Shown here: one piece after another, positions 11,901 through 23,900 of the stretch
Layout: every line of letters begins with the position of its first letter
How positions within the stretch are numbered: position 1 is the stretch's first letter
NCBI GenBank assembly: GCA_028534125.1
Contig: CM052851.1
Span: 8,680,001-8,744,000 of the forward strand
DNA from: Lama glama
Taxonomy: Eukaryota
Direction: 5' to 3'
DNA: 64,000 nucleotides
Translations under genes and position numbers: made by a program
Notes under the pieces: model-generated
Database searches by the model: none
The model's input: the letters and a program-made list of their open reading frames with translations, nothing else
What the model was told of the DNA's origin: nothing

Positions 11901-14900
11901 CAGAGGGAGCCAGCACCCAACAAATGGGGCCCTGGAGCCCGGAGAGCGCGTGACCGCACTTCTGCCGGCTTTCTTGACTTGACAGCCAAGATTTTACTAA
12001 GAATCCTAGATTTCCGTGATGCTGAGAGGTTTGTCTTCACTCGAGAAGTACCTTAGGGACTGTCACATACCTCCCAATGGGGAGAGGCCTCTCTGAGAAA
12101 ACCCAGGGTTGAGCCAAGTCTCAGAAACAACTGGGCCTGGGGTGGGCAACCACTTCCATTTACACTGGGAGCCCCCTCCACCCACCACCCCCACCGCTGC
12201 CGGGCCAGGTGAGGACAGGCCTGGATCAGCGGGCCAGGCTTCGGTTTTTAGGCAGCTGTGTCCCCTCTCCAACCTCAGCCCCAGCCTCTGGGACTGAGCA
12301 CATGGCTGCCACAGTGTGGCCTTCGGAGAGAGACCTGGGCTTGAATCCTTGCTCTGGTGTCCCTTCCTAATTGCAAGGCCCTGGGGGGCAGGTGCTGACA
12401 GCTACTCCACAAGGCTGGTGTGAGATCAAAGGCCCAAGATGCAGAAAGCTCCTGGCATACAACAGGCTCCCAATGAACAGTGCTCCCTCTCTCCAGGGAG
12501 AGGGCTGCCTCTGAGCCAGTGGTCTGAGGGCCTGAGGAACCTACAGCCGCAGCAGGGCCAGCAGCCTGGAGGGGAGGGGCCCACAGCACCTTCGAGGCCA
12601 GCCTGCCTGCTGAGAGGAGGCTGGGGTGGCGAGGGGCTCAGAGGCCATGGGAGCTTGAGTATCCTCCTGGACTATGGCAGGGCCTCTCTTGCCCACAGGA
12701 GACCAACCACACGTCCAGAGCAGGGCTGGAGCCGAGTGAGGTCACCCCAGGGTGGTGGGGTCGTGGGCAGGCCCAGCTTGCCATGCTCTATGTGGGGCTG
12801 GAGAAGCACTGTAGGTGAAGGGCTCGGGCCTGAGGTGGGTGGGCATCCCTCCTTCCTCCAGCCAGTCCTGGGAGCCTGGGCTGCTGCGGACAGGCTGGGA
12901 TTTGGAAACGGGGGCCCAGCCCTCTGGCCTCCACCCTTAGCTGCAGGCCGGGACTTCAGGCCTGCCTCCTCGCTGCCCTCCAAGCACCTGACTCTTCTAG
13001 GCAGGGAGCTGGCTGGGCCCTCACAGGGTCTAAGGTCCTACAAACGCAGCCTCCCTCTGGTCTGCAGAGCATCTTCAATGCCCAGGCTGCCAGTGATTCC
13101 CTGGTTTCTAAAGTAACCCACAGGCAGGCAGGACAGACACTATCTGTACAAATGGCATCTGCAGTGAGTGGTGGAGCAGGACTGTCAGAGCCCAGGTCTC
13201 AGGACTCCTGAGCCAGTACTCCTGGGAGAAGCCTCTCAGCTGCTGCAGGGGCTCCCAAGGATGCTGGGGGAAGCCAGCTGTGTGCAGGCTGGCAGAGATG
13301 GGGTGGGGCATGGGGTGCCCTGCTCAGCTCTGTCGGTCGCTGAGGGGTGGTGAGAATGGGCCCGAGAGCCCCCCAGCTTTCTGTGGAAAGGACGCTGCAG
13401 GAGTGGGTGGCTACTTTGGGCCCCAAGGGCGGGGGTGTCGCGGACAGAAGCTGCCCACTCAGAGTGCCAGCCTTTCTGGAACTGGGAGCCCAGGGAGCTG
13501 TCCTCCTGCTGCTCGGTCTGGGCAGATGGTGGAGACACCAAAGATAGCGAGGGGCCCTCCTGGAGCGGGCCCCACTCTGGCCCACTCAGGAAAGCTGATT
13601 CCATCCCGGCCCCAGCAGCGGGCTGAGGGCGGCATCCGGCGGAGGCCTTGCCAACTCCCTGCGAAGAGGGTTGGAGCCTTGCACAAAGGACCTTCTTACT
13701 GCCCTTCTCGAGGCTTCCATGGATTGGGCCTCTACTAGGAAAGGCCTTTCTTCCAGAAAGGCAGAGTCCTAGAGGGAAGCTGGGAGAAGGGAAGATGTGG
13801 GCAGAGGGGAGCAGTTGAGAGGGGCGGGGAGAGAGTTGGGAAGGGAAGGGGACCTGCACAGTCAGATGCTGGGCAGTATCCCCTTCAGTCCTCTCCAAAC
13901 AGCTCTGGGAGGGATGTTTCACCACCCCCATTTTACAGATAAGGAAACGGAGGCTGGCAGAGGTAGACTGAATTTCCCAAGTGACAAAGCATGGATTCAA
14001 ACCTAATATTGTGTGATTCCAAAGCCCACGCTCTTCCCTGCCTGGGGATAACACAGAGCTAGAAAGGTCGAGGCCCAGAGATGGTGCAGAAGAGAAGCAA
14101 GGCAGGCCACAGGGAGGCGGGGGCAGGGCAGGAGGCACAGTCCCTTTATGGAGAGCTCCCCTGGGAAGGCCCTCTGCACAGCTGGCCGGCGGGGGGACAG
14201 GACGGGGCACTCACGAGCAGGACCGGGCCAGCTGGCAGAGGCCGCAGGCTGGCTTCCGCATCAGGTACATGGGCCACCCGTAGGCGGCCAGGGCGAAGAG
14301 CATGTAGTAGCAGACCTCTTTGTAGCGGAGCATCTCTTGCTGGAAGAGAGGAGGCAGAGGGTCACCTCTTGCCCTTCCCACCTGCAGCCGCAGGCCCACA
14401 GGCTGCCCTTGGTGGAGGAGGGAGCTGCCCTTCTCCCAGGCTGCTGACCACCCCGCACCCCCTGCCCTGGAGGACGGGCCGCTCCTCCAGGTGATAACTG
14501 CATTTTCCTTATTATCTCCATGCAACCAGGGCACGAATCCTCCCGAGACCTGTACTGTTGCTCCGATCTCAGAATTAATGATTTGGGGACAGAAAAACAC
14601 TCAGAGCACTGGATCGATTTCCCTGCCCGTTTTCCCCAGAAGGGAAGAGGAGGGAGGGGGGAGCAACAGTCACCCACCCACCTCAGCAATCAGGTCCTGG
14701 GAAGGGCATTTAACCCTGAGAGGACCGGACCCTCCGGAGGGGGTGACCAGGCCACCAGCAGCAGGGCCAGTCTGGAGACACTGATACGCTAGGGGACCAG
14801 TCAGGTAAGCCGCCTACCCTCAGGAAGGCCTAAGCGAGACTCGGGGAGTCACAGGCTCACAAGGGCGTCTGGGGGAGATTGGGATCTCTCTGGGAAAGGT

Positions 14901-17900
14901 GCCAGTTTGAAGCCCTGTGTCTCAGGCCAGTGGCTGTTATCAGCCAGATGGCTGGAAGGAGGTGGGAGAAACAGGCATCCCAGCAAAGCGGCTTCCAGAG
15001 TCCCAGGTGCCCGAGGCACCGGGGGACTCCTGCACTTAGAGGAAATTAGTCACCTTGTAAAAGTTAAAGAGGGCGATTAGTCATCTTGTGAAGTGAAGTA
15101 AGTAGCACCTAATCAGGGCCCAGAGGGCTGAACGTCCCTGGGTCTGCTCTTCAGGAACGTGCCAGAGAAGGTAATTATCCGCTCTGGCTCAGGGTGGAGG
15201 GTGGGGTGCTGGCAGCCTCTGCCAGGTGGCAGGCGGGGACCCCAGGCCCCCGAGGCATGGCTCCTCCCCTGCCCCCTCCCCAGGCAAGGGAGGAGGTGGT
15301 GAGAGCGAGCTGGGTAGCCCTGGGCAGCTGGGATGGACCTGCTATGGATGGGCTGTTTTAAGAGGGGATATAAACACCTGCTGTGGGGAGTGGGGGCAGG
15401 CGGAGAACAGGCTTTTCCAGGGGATTCAGATGTGAAGGATGAATCGTTTCTAGCAGCATCTGACTGGCACCACTGTTGGCTAGCACTCTGCTGGGAACTG
15501 GGCTCGGGATGGCTCCCCCCTTCCACCAGCGTTCTGGGTGGAAGGTGTGCCCAGCACCATTTATACTGCGGAACAGGCTCTGAGGGGTCAGGGACTTGCT
15601 CAAGGTGACAGTCACAGGCGCGGAGCTGATGCACACGAAACCGGTTTGCTCCCAAGCAGGGCTGGCTCTCCGGGCTGCAGACTGCAGCTGCAACCCTGGG
15701 TGAGGGCTCCCCCGGCCCCAGGACCGGCCCCTCCTTTACCTACACATACACACTGGAGAAGAGGTTCTACCACTCAAAAGAGCTCAGAAACCACAGTGCT
15801 GGTCCAGCTGCGGTTTACAACAGCAACTTGGCAAAACAATGGCAGCTCACCCCTGCAAAGCCCTCTGTGATCTCAGGAGGCCAGGACCAAATATTCTGAG
15901 CACAGTGAAGCAGATTCAGGGATTTTTGTCTGGAGAACTAGTGCGATGTGGGGGAGGGGCTTCGGGAGGAAGAGTGTGTGGACTGAGAAGAGGGGCCGCC
16001 TGGAGAGCCGAGGGGTGACCCACCGCGAAGAAGGTGCTGCTGACACCGTGAGGGCAGCGGGTAGGGAGCTGGCTTGGGTCATCCTGGCAGAGGGCGAGAG
16101 GGTCCGTGGGCAGAGTTGGGGGTGGCCCCGACTCACCGAGTTCTTCAGGTCGAGGTACTTGGTGTTTCTGGTCACTGGCATCCCAGACAGGAAGGCCAAG
16201 ATGTCGTTGTTGGCCTATAAAACAGGTGCGTGAGAGTGGCTGCCCGAGGCCCAGCTGCGTGGCTGAGAACGAGGTCCAGGCCCCCGGCTCTGCACTCTGC
16301 CTGCTTCCCCAGGGCCTGAGAGCCCAAAGGGGCATGTGGCTTCCAGCTCCTCCACAGCCTGGCCAGTCTTCCAAAATCTGAGGTCTCCTCATATTTCCAG
16401 TTGCTCCCCTTCCACCCAAAGCATCAACTCTTGGTGGGCGATGCTTGCCCAGGCCAGGAGAAAACATTTTGTGTGTAATGCTGGGAGACCCCAACTAGGA
16501 CTGGTGTGTCGGCGGGGTGGGGTGGAGTAACAAGAGCGGAGGCTGGAGCTTGGAGCTGGATGGTTCATTAGGTCCCTGTGATTAGAAGTCCCTTGTGGTC
16601 CTGGAGGCAGCCGCAGGCGGCCCAGCAGAGGGAAGAGCCATGAACTGCTGGCTGAAGGGATGTGCTGGGGAAGGGAGGGGAGGGGGCATCAAAGGGTGAC
16701 CTACAGGGCCTGAGGGATTGTGTGGGACCTGGGGGGCAGCAGGGAGGGCCCGGGAGGAGGACGGTGCAGGAGGTTGCCCGAGGGCAGCTGATGCTCACCT
16801 CATCCAGCACGGCGTTGCGCTTGGCCCGCTGCCGCTGCCGGAGCAGCACCAGGCCCGCGATGATGTCAGACGGCACAATGTCGAGGTCTCGGAAAAACTC
16901 GGCAAAGAGGTAGGCGATTTCCGAGTAGGCGTCCTATGAGGTCCAGGGAGGCAGGCGGCAGTGGCAGGGGAGCAGGAGAGAGGATAAGAGACCAGGCATG
17001 AAGGCCCCGGGGCTGGGTGTGTGCTCTGGGTCCCGTGTGTAGATTCACCCCTCTCCTTCATGACCCTGAGGGCCCTGTCCTAGGCTCTGGGACCTGGCAG
17101 ACCTGGCAGGAGCAGTCTGGGACAGCACTGACCCTTCTCCGTCCTCCATCTCCCAGCCCTCCTGTCCCTGGAGTTCTGATGGCACTCACACCATCTGTCT
17201 ACCATGTGCAGAGGCCACTGCGAGCCATTTCCTGTTCCTTCCCCAATCAAGGCCTGCACGGCCAGCCTGTTTCTCCTCCAGCCTTTTTCTCTAGCAGAGA
17301 AGCCAAAACCAAGCTCCTGGCTGCTTCTTCCCTGTGTTGCGCCTCTTTCCACTTCCCACCAGCTGTGACCTTGAACAGCCCCCAAGGACTTTACAGAGCC
17401 CTAGGTCTCAGACCCCCTCCCCGACCTGACTTTAGTGGCCGACTCAGGACCCCCACCATGTGCCTGGAGAAGGGTGCAACACTGGGCCAGTGGTCCCCCT
17501 GGCTACCCTGCAAGCTCTGTCCTCAGGACAGCCATGCCTGGGGCCTGCGGGCAGGAGGCAAGGCAGACAGAGGCAGCCCTGCCAGCCGGTGTGCAGTCCT
17601 TCCTGCCTCGCAACAAGTTGAAGTCTGGAACCTCTTCCCTAACCTGTCAGGAGAGGCTGTGGTGGGAACAAACTCATGGCAACTGGTTCCCTCTTGCTGG
17701 GTTTCACCCTTGAGTGTCTGGCACTTGTAAGAGCAGAAAAATCCAGGGCTGCAAACTCAACCACTTAATGGGGCCAAACAGAGCCAGCCACTGCTGCGAG
17801 CAGCCCACCCGGGCCAAATTGAGATATACTGAACTTTGCATAAATGCCCCTGATTTTTAAATGTTAGCATCCAATTCAAGTTTTTAAAGCAACACAGCAC

Positions 17901-20900
17901 AAGCTGATCAGGGTATGCTCTGGATGGGACCTGGCCTGACCACCCTTTCCCTCCCTGGCCACCAGTGTTTGCTGAGGCCCCCTTGCCTTTCAGGAAAAGA
18001 CGCCAACACCAGCCCCAACACCGCCTGCAGGAGGGTGGGTGTGCCCTCAGCAGGCCCTGGGCTGAGACCCCTCAGGCCCCCCCAGAGAGCCCCGTGGGGG
18101 TGCTCCCCGCCCGCCAGGGAACCTCCGGGGGTTGGGGGAGGCTGTCTCACACTTGATTACTCACTCTACAGCTCACCAGGGACTTCTGGTGGGAAGGGGC
18201 CACTCAAGGCTTCCGGTGGCTTCCATGGAGGGCACTTGCTCTCTGGCTCGGGGAGGAGTGGTCTCCTGACCTCACTGCCACTAACTAGCTGTGGGGCGCG
18301 GAGCAAGTCACTCCACCTCTCTGGGCCTCAGCTGCCTGATCTGCAAAATGAGGGGTGGGACTCGATGATCTCTAAGGGCCCTGCCAGCCCTGAGGGCCCT
18401 GCCTCCCCTCCCCTCACCCGGGGGCCACCCACTGCTGACCCCGCCTTCCCTCCAAGGTGCCCTGGCACCAAGTCCAGCCCCTCTAGTTACTCCCCAGAGC
18501 GCCTGGTGTGGAGAGCTGCCTGTCACATCGAGGGCCACATGGTTCCAACAGATCTTCCAGAGTGACCTGCAGCTGGTGACGCTGCTTTCCTTTGTCTTCA
18601 GGTGGCCCTGATGTTTGAGTTTCTCTTCTCCTAAACTAAACTCTCAGTTCCAAGGGGGTTGATAAAAGGCCTTCATATTTTTCTGTTGACGAAGCAAAGG
18701 GTTGGCTGTTTCACGTGCTGGAGGGAGTCGTTCAGTGAATAATAATAGGTCCTCATAGGAGCAGGCTGTCACCTTGCTCCTGCTCAAAACCCAGCCCTGC
18801 CCCACCTGCTCTGCCAGGGAGCAAAGGCTCCTGAGTCACCAACAGCAAGACGTGAGCCCGAGGACAGCGGCTTGCCAGTACTTACTGACTGGGAGTCCTT
18901 TGTCCGTGTGCAGCAGAGGAACACTTTGAGCCGGCGTGACCAGCTGGTGGCCTGACCCTCTTCTAAGCGGTGCCTGCAGTGGGGAAGAATTGGTATGTGT
19001 GAGGTCAGAGGGCTGGACCAGAAGAGCTGGGCCAAGACGTTATGGAAACAGGTCAGCCTGTTCCCAGGACCCCACCAAAGGGCTCCCCAGCAGGAGGAGT
19101 CTAGGGGAGAATAGGCCTGGGCCCAGCCTATTCTGGGTGGCCAGTGACCTGGCTGTCAGCCAGCAGGTCTCTCCTGGGCACTCCTGCTGGCCTAAGGTGG
19201 CACACTGTTGGCTAAGGCCGGGGCCTGTGCTCCCGGCTTCTGGGAGACTGACACCAGCATGACCTGGGGGCTTCAGACCTGGGAGCCCAAATTAAAGGCT
19301 GTTCTGAGTGTGGCCCATGTGTCCACAGGCTCAAACCAAGAGCCCTAGGAGATGGCAGCCAGGTACGGGGCCTCTCTTCCAGCTTGTTCCAAGGCCTGGA
19401 GCAGACCTGTTAGACAGACCTGCTTCCCCTGAAAGGATTTCAGACGCTCACATTCCCTGTACTTGGGGAAGTTTAAGGGGCTGAATGAGGCTCTGCATTT
19501 CGAAACTTCCTGGATCTGTTCCTCTGTCCAGAGGGGAGAGGGCCCCTGCCCTTCATCTGCATGTCTGGCCCCTGTTTGTTCTGGCTGTTCTGAGGGTGTC
19601 AGGGTATCCAGGAATCTACACCCAAAGGGAGAGCAATTGGCCAGTTATCCACAGAGGCCCTTCCAGTGGTGGGTGTCCATAAGCCGGTCTGTTTTGAGCA
19701 TAAAGATAGCAGATCCAACATTAAAAATGTAAACTTACAGACAAAGCAAGAAGGGGCTGGCTTGCTTTTCTGACATGTACCTTCCCGCCAGCCCCTTCAG
19801 ATCCTGGTGCTGGGTGGTGAGGAGGGGCAGGCACGGGTGACCCTCAATGCCTGCAAGGCACTTAGCATCCATCAGGAGTGACAGGCCAGGCCCTCCTCCC
19901 AAGCCTCTTGGCTCCTCTCTGCAGCTAAGGGCTACTTCCTGCTCCCAACCCTGGTCCCACGGGCTGTGGGCCACAAGGACAGGGAAAACCACAGGGCCTT
20001 CCAGGGCTACAGGAGGGGCTTAGGGAAGGATGCGCGGGAATTCTGTTTCTGGGACCAGCCAGCCCTGAGGGACTTAGGCAGCCTTGCATCCTAAACCAAT
20101 GTCCCACCTACTGGAGGCTTAACAAAGGCCAAGCTGGGTTCCCAGAGCATTATGTTCTTTAACCCTTTCTAACCAAATTGGCTATCAAACATTCAAAGAG
20201 AATTTCTTCCCTTCCCTGTGGCTGATGGAAGAGCTGACTGTATACCCTACTGCAGTACCCTTTGTGCCCACCAGGGGACGGATGGCGCTGATGACACGTT
20301 TAGCCTAATGCATTGGTTAGGCTATAGAGACCGAGACAGGGAGAGACTCTAAATGTAGGCCGGAAGTTCATGGACTCGGCACCCTACTACCCTGGGGCTC
20401 CCGCAAAGATCCAAGGTCAAGGCTCCCAAGGAGTAGTGGTGGGACTAACCCATCTCCAAACCCCACCAGATTTGACTGGAAGGAGAAAGTGCCAAGGACT
20501 TAAATGGCTCCCTGACTCCCAGAAACTAAAATAACCCGTCAGTGTGACAGAAAGGCTTGTGCGCATCCCCAAACCTGGAGGTGGATAAAGGGTCGGTAGG
20601 CTTAAAATTCCCTGGTTAGAAAAACTGCGGTTTCAGAGCAGAGGGAGGCCGAGTGGGGAACAGCCGAGAGGTGGTCACAGTGGCCCAGCCTACCCTCCCA
20701 AGCCCACCTGAGAGCTGGAGAAACCACAGCAGGTGGGGCCGTGTGAGCTCTGAGGCTTCTTAACTACCCGTACAGGGCCCGGAACTGCTGGAAAACTTTC
20801 TAATTCAGATGACAGCCACCGCCAACTCCCAACTGCAAAGGCACTGGCTGCCCTGGGTCCCAAAGGCAATTACCCAGAGTTGAGGAGGGAAGATTTTTTT

Positions 20901-23900
20901 CCAGGGCCCCAGGAGCCCAGAAACTGGGTCGGGGGGGCATGTGCTCAGAATGTGCAAAATGGGACGGGTGGTGGCGGCCAGCTGCACTGGGGGGAACAAT
21001 GAGCTCTGGGGTCTGGCATTTGGGGCCGGGAGGTGGCCAGCCTCAGCCCAGGTGTGGCTCTGGCTGCATTGCCAAGCTGACATCGGGGGCCCAGAGGAAC
21101 CAGCCAGAAGGGTACAGGAGGATGGGGTGGGGTCCTGGGCAAGCTACTGCCCTGGCTGAGAGCTCCCGACTCCACTGCCCTGGGCTGGAGATGGAGTGCC
21201 AGATGAGCTTGCACTCCTCGGGCAGGGTGGCCTCTCCAGGACTTGGACTCCTCAGCTGTGGAATGGGTCTCACAACCACACCAGGGTTAGCAAAAGGATT
21301 AAACAGACAGATCATGGAAAGGGCTCAGGGCAGGGTCTAACCCAGAACAGAAGCTTGATTAACAGGAGTCATGGTGACCCACCCTGGAAGCTCCTCCTCT
21401 CTTTTTTCAATATACAGGAACTCTGTGCCCATGCCTGGTCTCATTTTCTTTACCAGGGCATAGCCTTTCCCCTTCTCCAAAACACTGTGCAAACCTCCTC
21501 CCTCCAGGAAGCCCTCCTTGATTAAGCTCCTCCAGCCCCTTAATCCTAGAGGCAGCCTCACCTAGTGGTTAAAAGCAAGGGCTCTAAAGCCAGACTGCCT
21601 GGGCTTGATCCCAGCCCCACCATTTCCCAGCTGTGTGACCTCAGGCAAGTCACAGAGCCTCTCTGTGCCCCAGTTTCCTCATCTGTATTATGGGGATGAT
21701 ACTAACAGCTACTTTAGGGAGTTACTCCAAGTTAATAAATGCACTTCCGGCTTGCTGTACACATGCGTCCTACTGTTACTATCATTGTGCTGTTATTGGC
21801 ACTGAAGATGATGACAATGACAAAGGCTACCACTGGCTGAGCACGAACCTCATGTGAGTACCATGTTAACCACCCTATTAAGTCTCACAGAGGCAGCATG
21901 AGGCAGAAACCATGGTGGTCCCCACTTTATAGACCAGGAAATTGAGGTCAGACTTTGGCCAACGCCTGTGGTTCACACAGGTTGAGACACAGTGAGGGAG
22001 GCACAAAGCTGGCCTCCACCCACCAGTCAGCGAACCCCGCCAGGGGACGGCCCACCTGCCCGGCCGACTGACCGCAGGTTGTAGGTCCGCAGGTTGCGCT
22101 GCCTCCTCTTGGTGGCCCTCAGCTTGACGAAGGTGCGGCCCGTGGGGTCGAAGACGCAGAGGACAGTGATGCAGACACTAAGGATGACCACCCAATTGCA
22201 GACGACCATCCCTGTGGGGGCAGCGTTGGGAAGTGAAGGGTCATGGTCCTGGGGACACCTCTCTGGCTCTGAAGAAAGGGGCACTGGGGCCTCCCTACCC
22301 CCAACTGCTTCTGGGGCCCAAGAGAAAAGCCCCAAAGCCCCAAAGCCCCTGGCTCCAGCCTCTGGCTGCATGGCCTGGGGTCCCCTGGCTGAGCTGTGAC
22401 CCCAAGGTCCATCCCTGGCACAGAGAAGATTGCTGTGTAGGTTTCCAGAGTCCCGGGCAGCTCTGTGCCTGCTGCTGCCCCCCAGACCAGGGTCCCCCAA
22501 TGGGGGATGGCAGACCACAGGATGAAGGCTGCAGCCTCACCCTACCAACCTGCTGGCACCCTCACAGAAACTGTTTCTCTCTCTCAGGGCCTGAGCGTCT
22601 GCCCTCTCTAACCTGACCCACCCCCTCCACCCCAGGGCTGACCAACGTACCAAGCGTGACGTTCTTGGCAGTGAGGTCATTGCAGGAGGTGTAGTACTGA
22701 GTGAGCCAGACGATGCCCACGATGGCGTAGATAAACTCGATCACCAGGATGGCTGCAAGGAGAGCAGGGCCCTGGCTGAAGGACAGCTGCCGGCTGCCCA
22801 GGAAAGGCCCTAGAGCCTTGGCCTGGCCCCTCCTGCCACAGGGCCCCCGGCCAGCTCAGCAGCAGGGTCACCAGACCCCTCATGGAACCCCTTACAGGCC
22901 TGCTGGTACAGAGGGCCCAGAGGGCATGGCTGTCCCACCACCACTCTGTTCTGCTGTAAGGTGCCCATCACCTGTTCTGGCTCATGTACCTTCAAGCCCC
23001 TGATGCCTCCCCAAGAAGGTGACTGCAAAGGCGATGGCGAAGAGGCATTTCTATTCTTTCAGGAATTAGAATTAGTTATATCCACGAACTCTGGAATCGG
23101 ATGTATCTTAGGCAAGTTACCTAATCTGTCTGAGCCTCCGTTTCCTCATCTGTAAAATGGGAGTGACAAGGTCCGTGGTACAGGGCTGTGCAAGAATGGG
23201 GTGACAGAGTGTTCATTTCAGGAGGAAGCCTCCAGCACAAGGCAGGAGGAGGAAGGGGTCCCAGCAGCTAGCTGCCCACGGTGCCCTACTCAGGCTGAGA
23301 TGGGGCTTGGGGAAGTGGGTGGGAGAACTGATGGCCCCCCTCAGGGGACAGCGTTAAAAGCCCCAGCTCCACAGGCCCCGTGTGGCAGGTGAGAGCCCAG
23401 GCTTTGGAGCCAGACAACCTGAGTTCAAATCTCAGCTCTGACATTTGCACACTTATCAGCTGTGTGACTTTAAGGGAGCTAGTTAACCTCCCTGGGCCCC
23501 AAATTCTTCATCTGCAATATGAGACCAATAAAGACTCCTCCCTGAGTTAACATGGGAAAAGGGCTCAGCACAGGAGGAGTGCTCACTGGGAGTGCCCGGG
23601 AGGATGGGCTGAACCCGAGCCCAGGAAGAAAACACAGGCGGGCCCTGCAGGAGCTGGTTGAGGCCCCTGGGGAGCTTCCCAGGGAAGGCGGGGGGCTGTT
23701 TGGGGAAGGATCACAAGCAGCCAGAGATGTGCACGGCCTACAGCAGGGGTCGGCAAACTCCTTCTGTAAAGGGCCAGAGAATAAACGTTTTAGATTCTGT
23801 GGGTCATACTCTCTGTCCATACTCTGCTCTGCTGTGGTCGTTCAAAAGCAGCCAGAGGTGGTTAAGTGCGTAAACGAATGAGTATGGCTGGGTTCCAATA

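Noticed and set aside
13236-14210. 324-aa minus-strand ORF in intron 9
   Set aside because: Non-ATG start at the splice donor, crosses a MIR ([10 protein letters not shown]-type peptide), no domain
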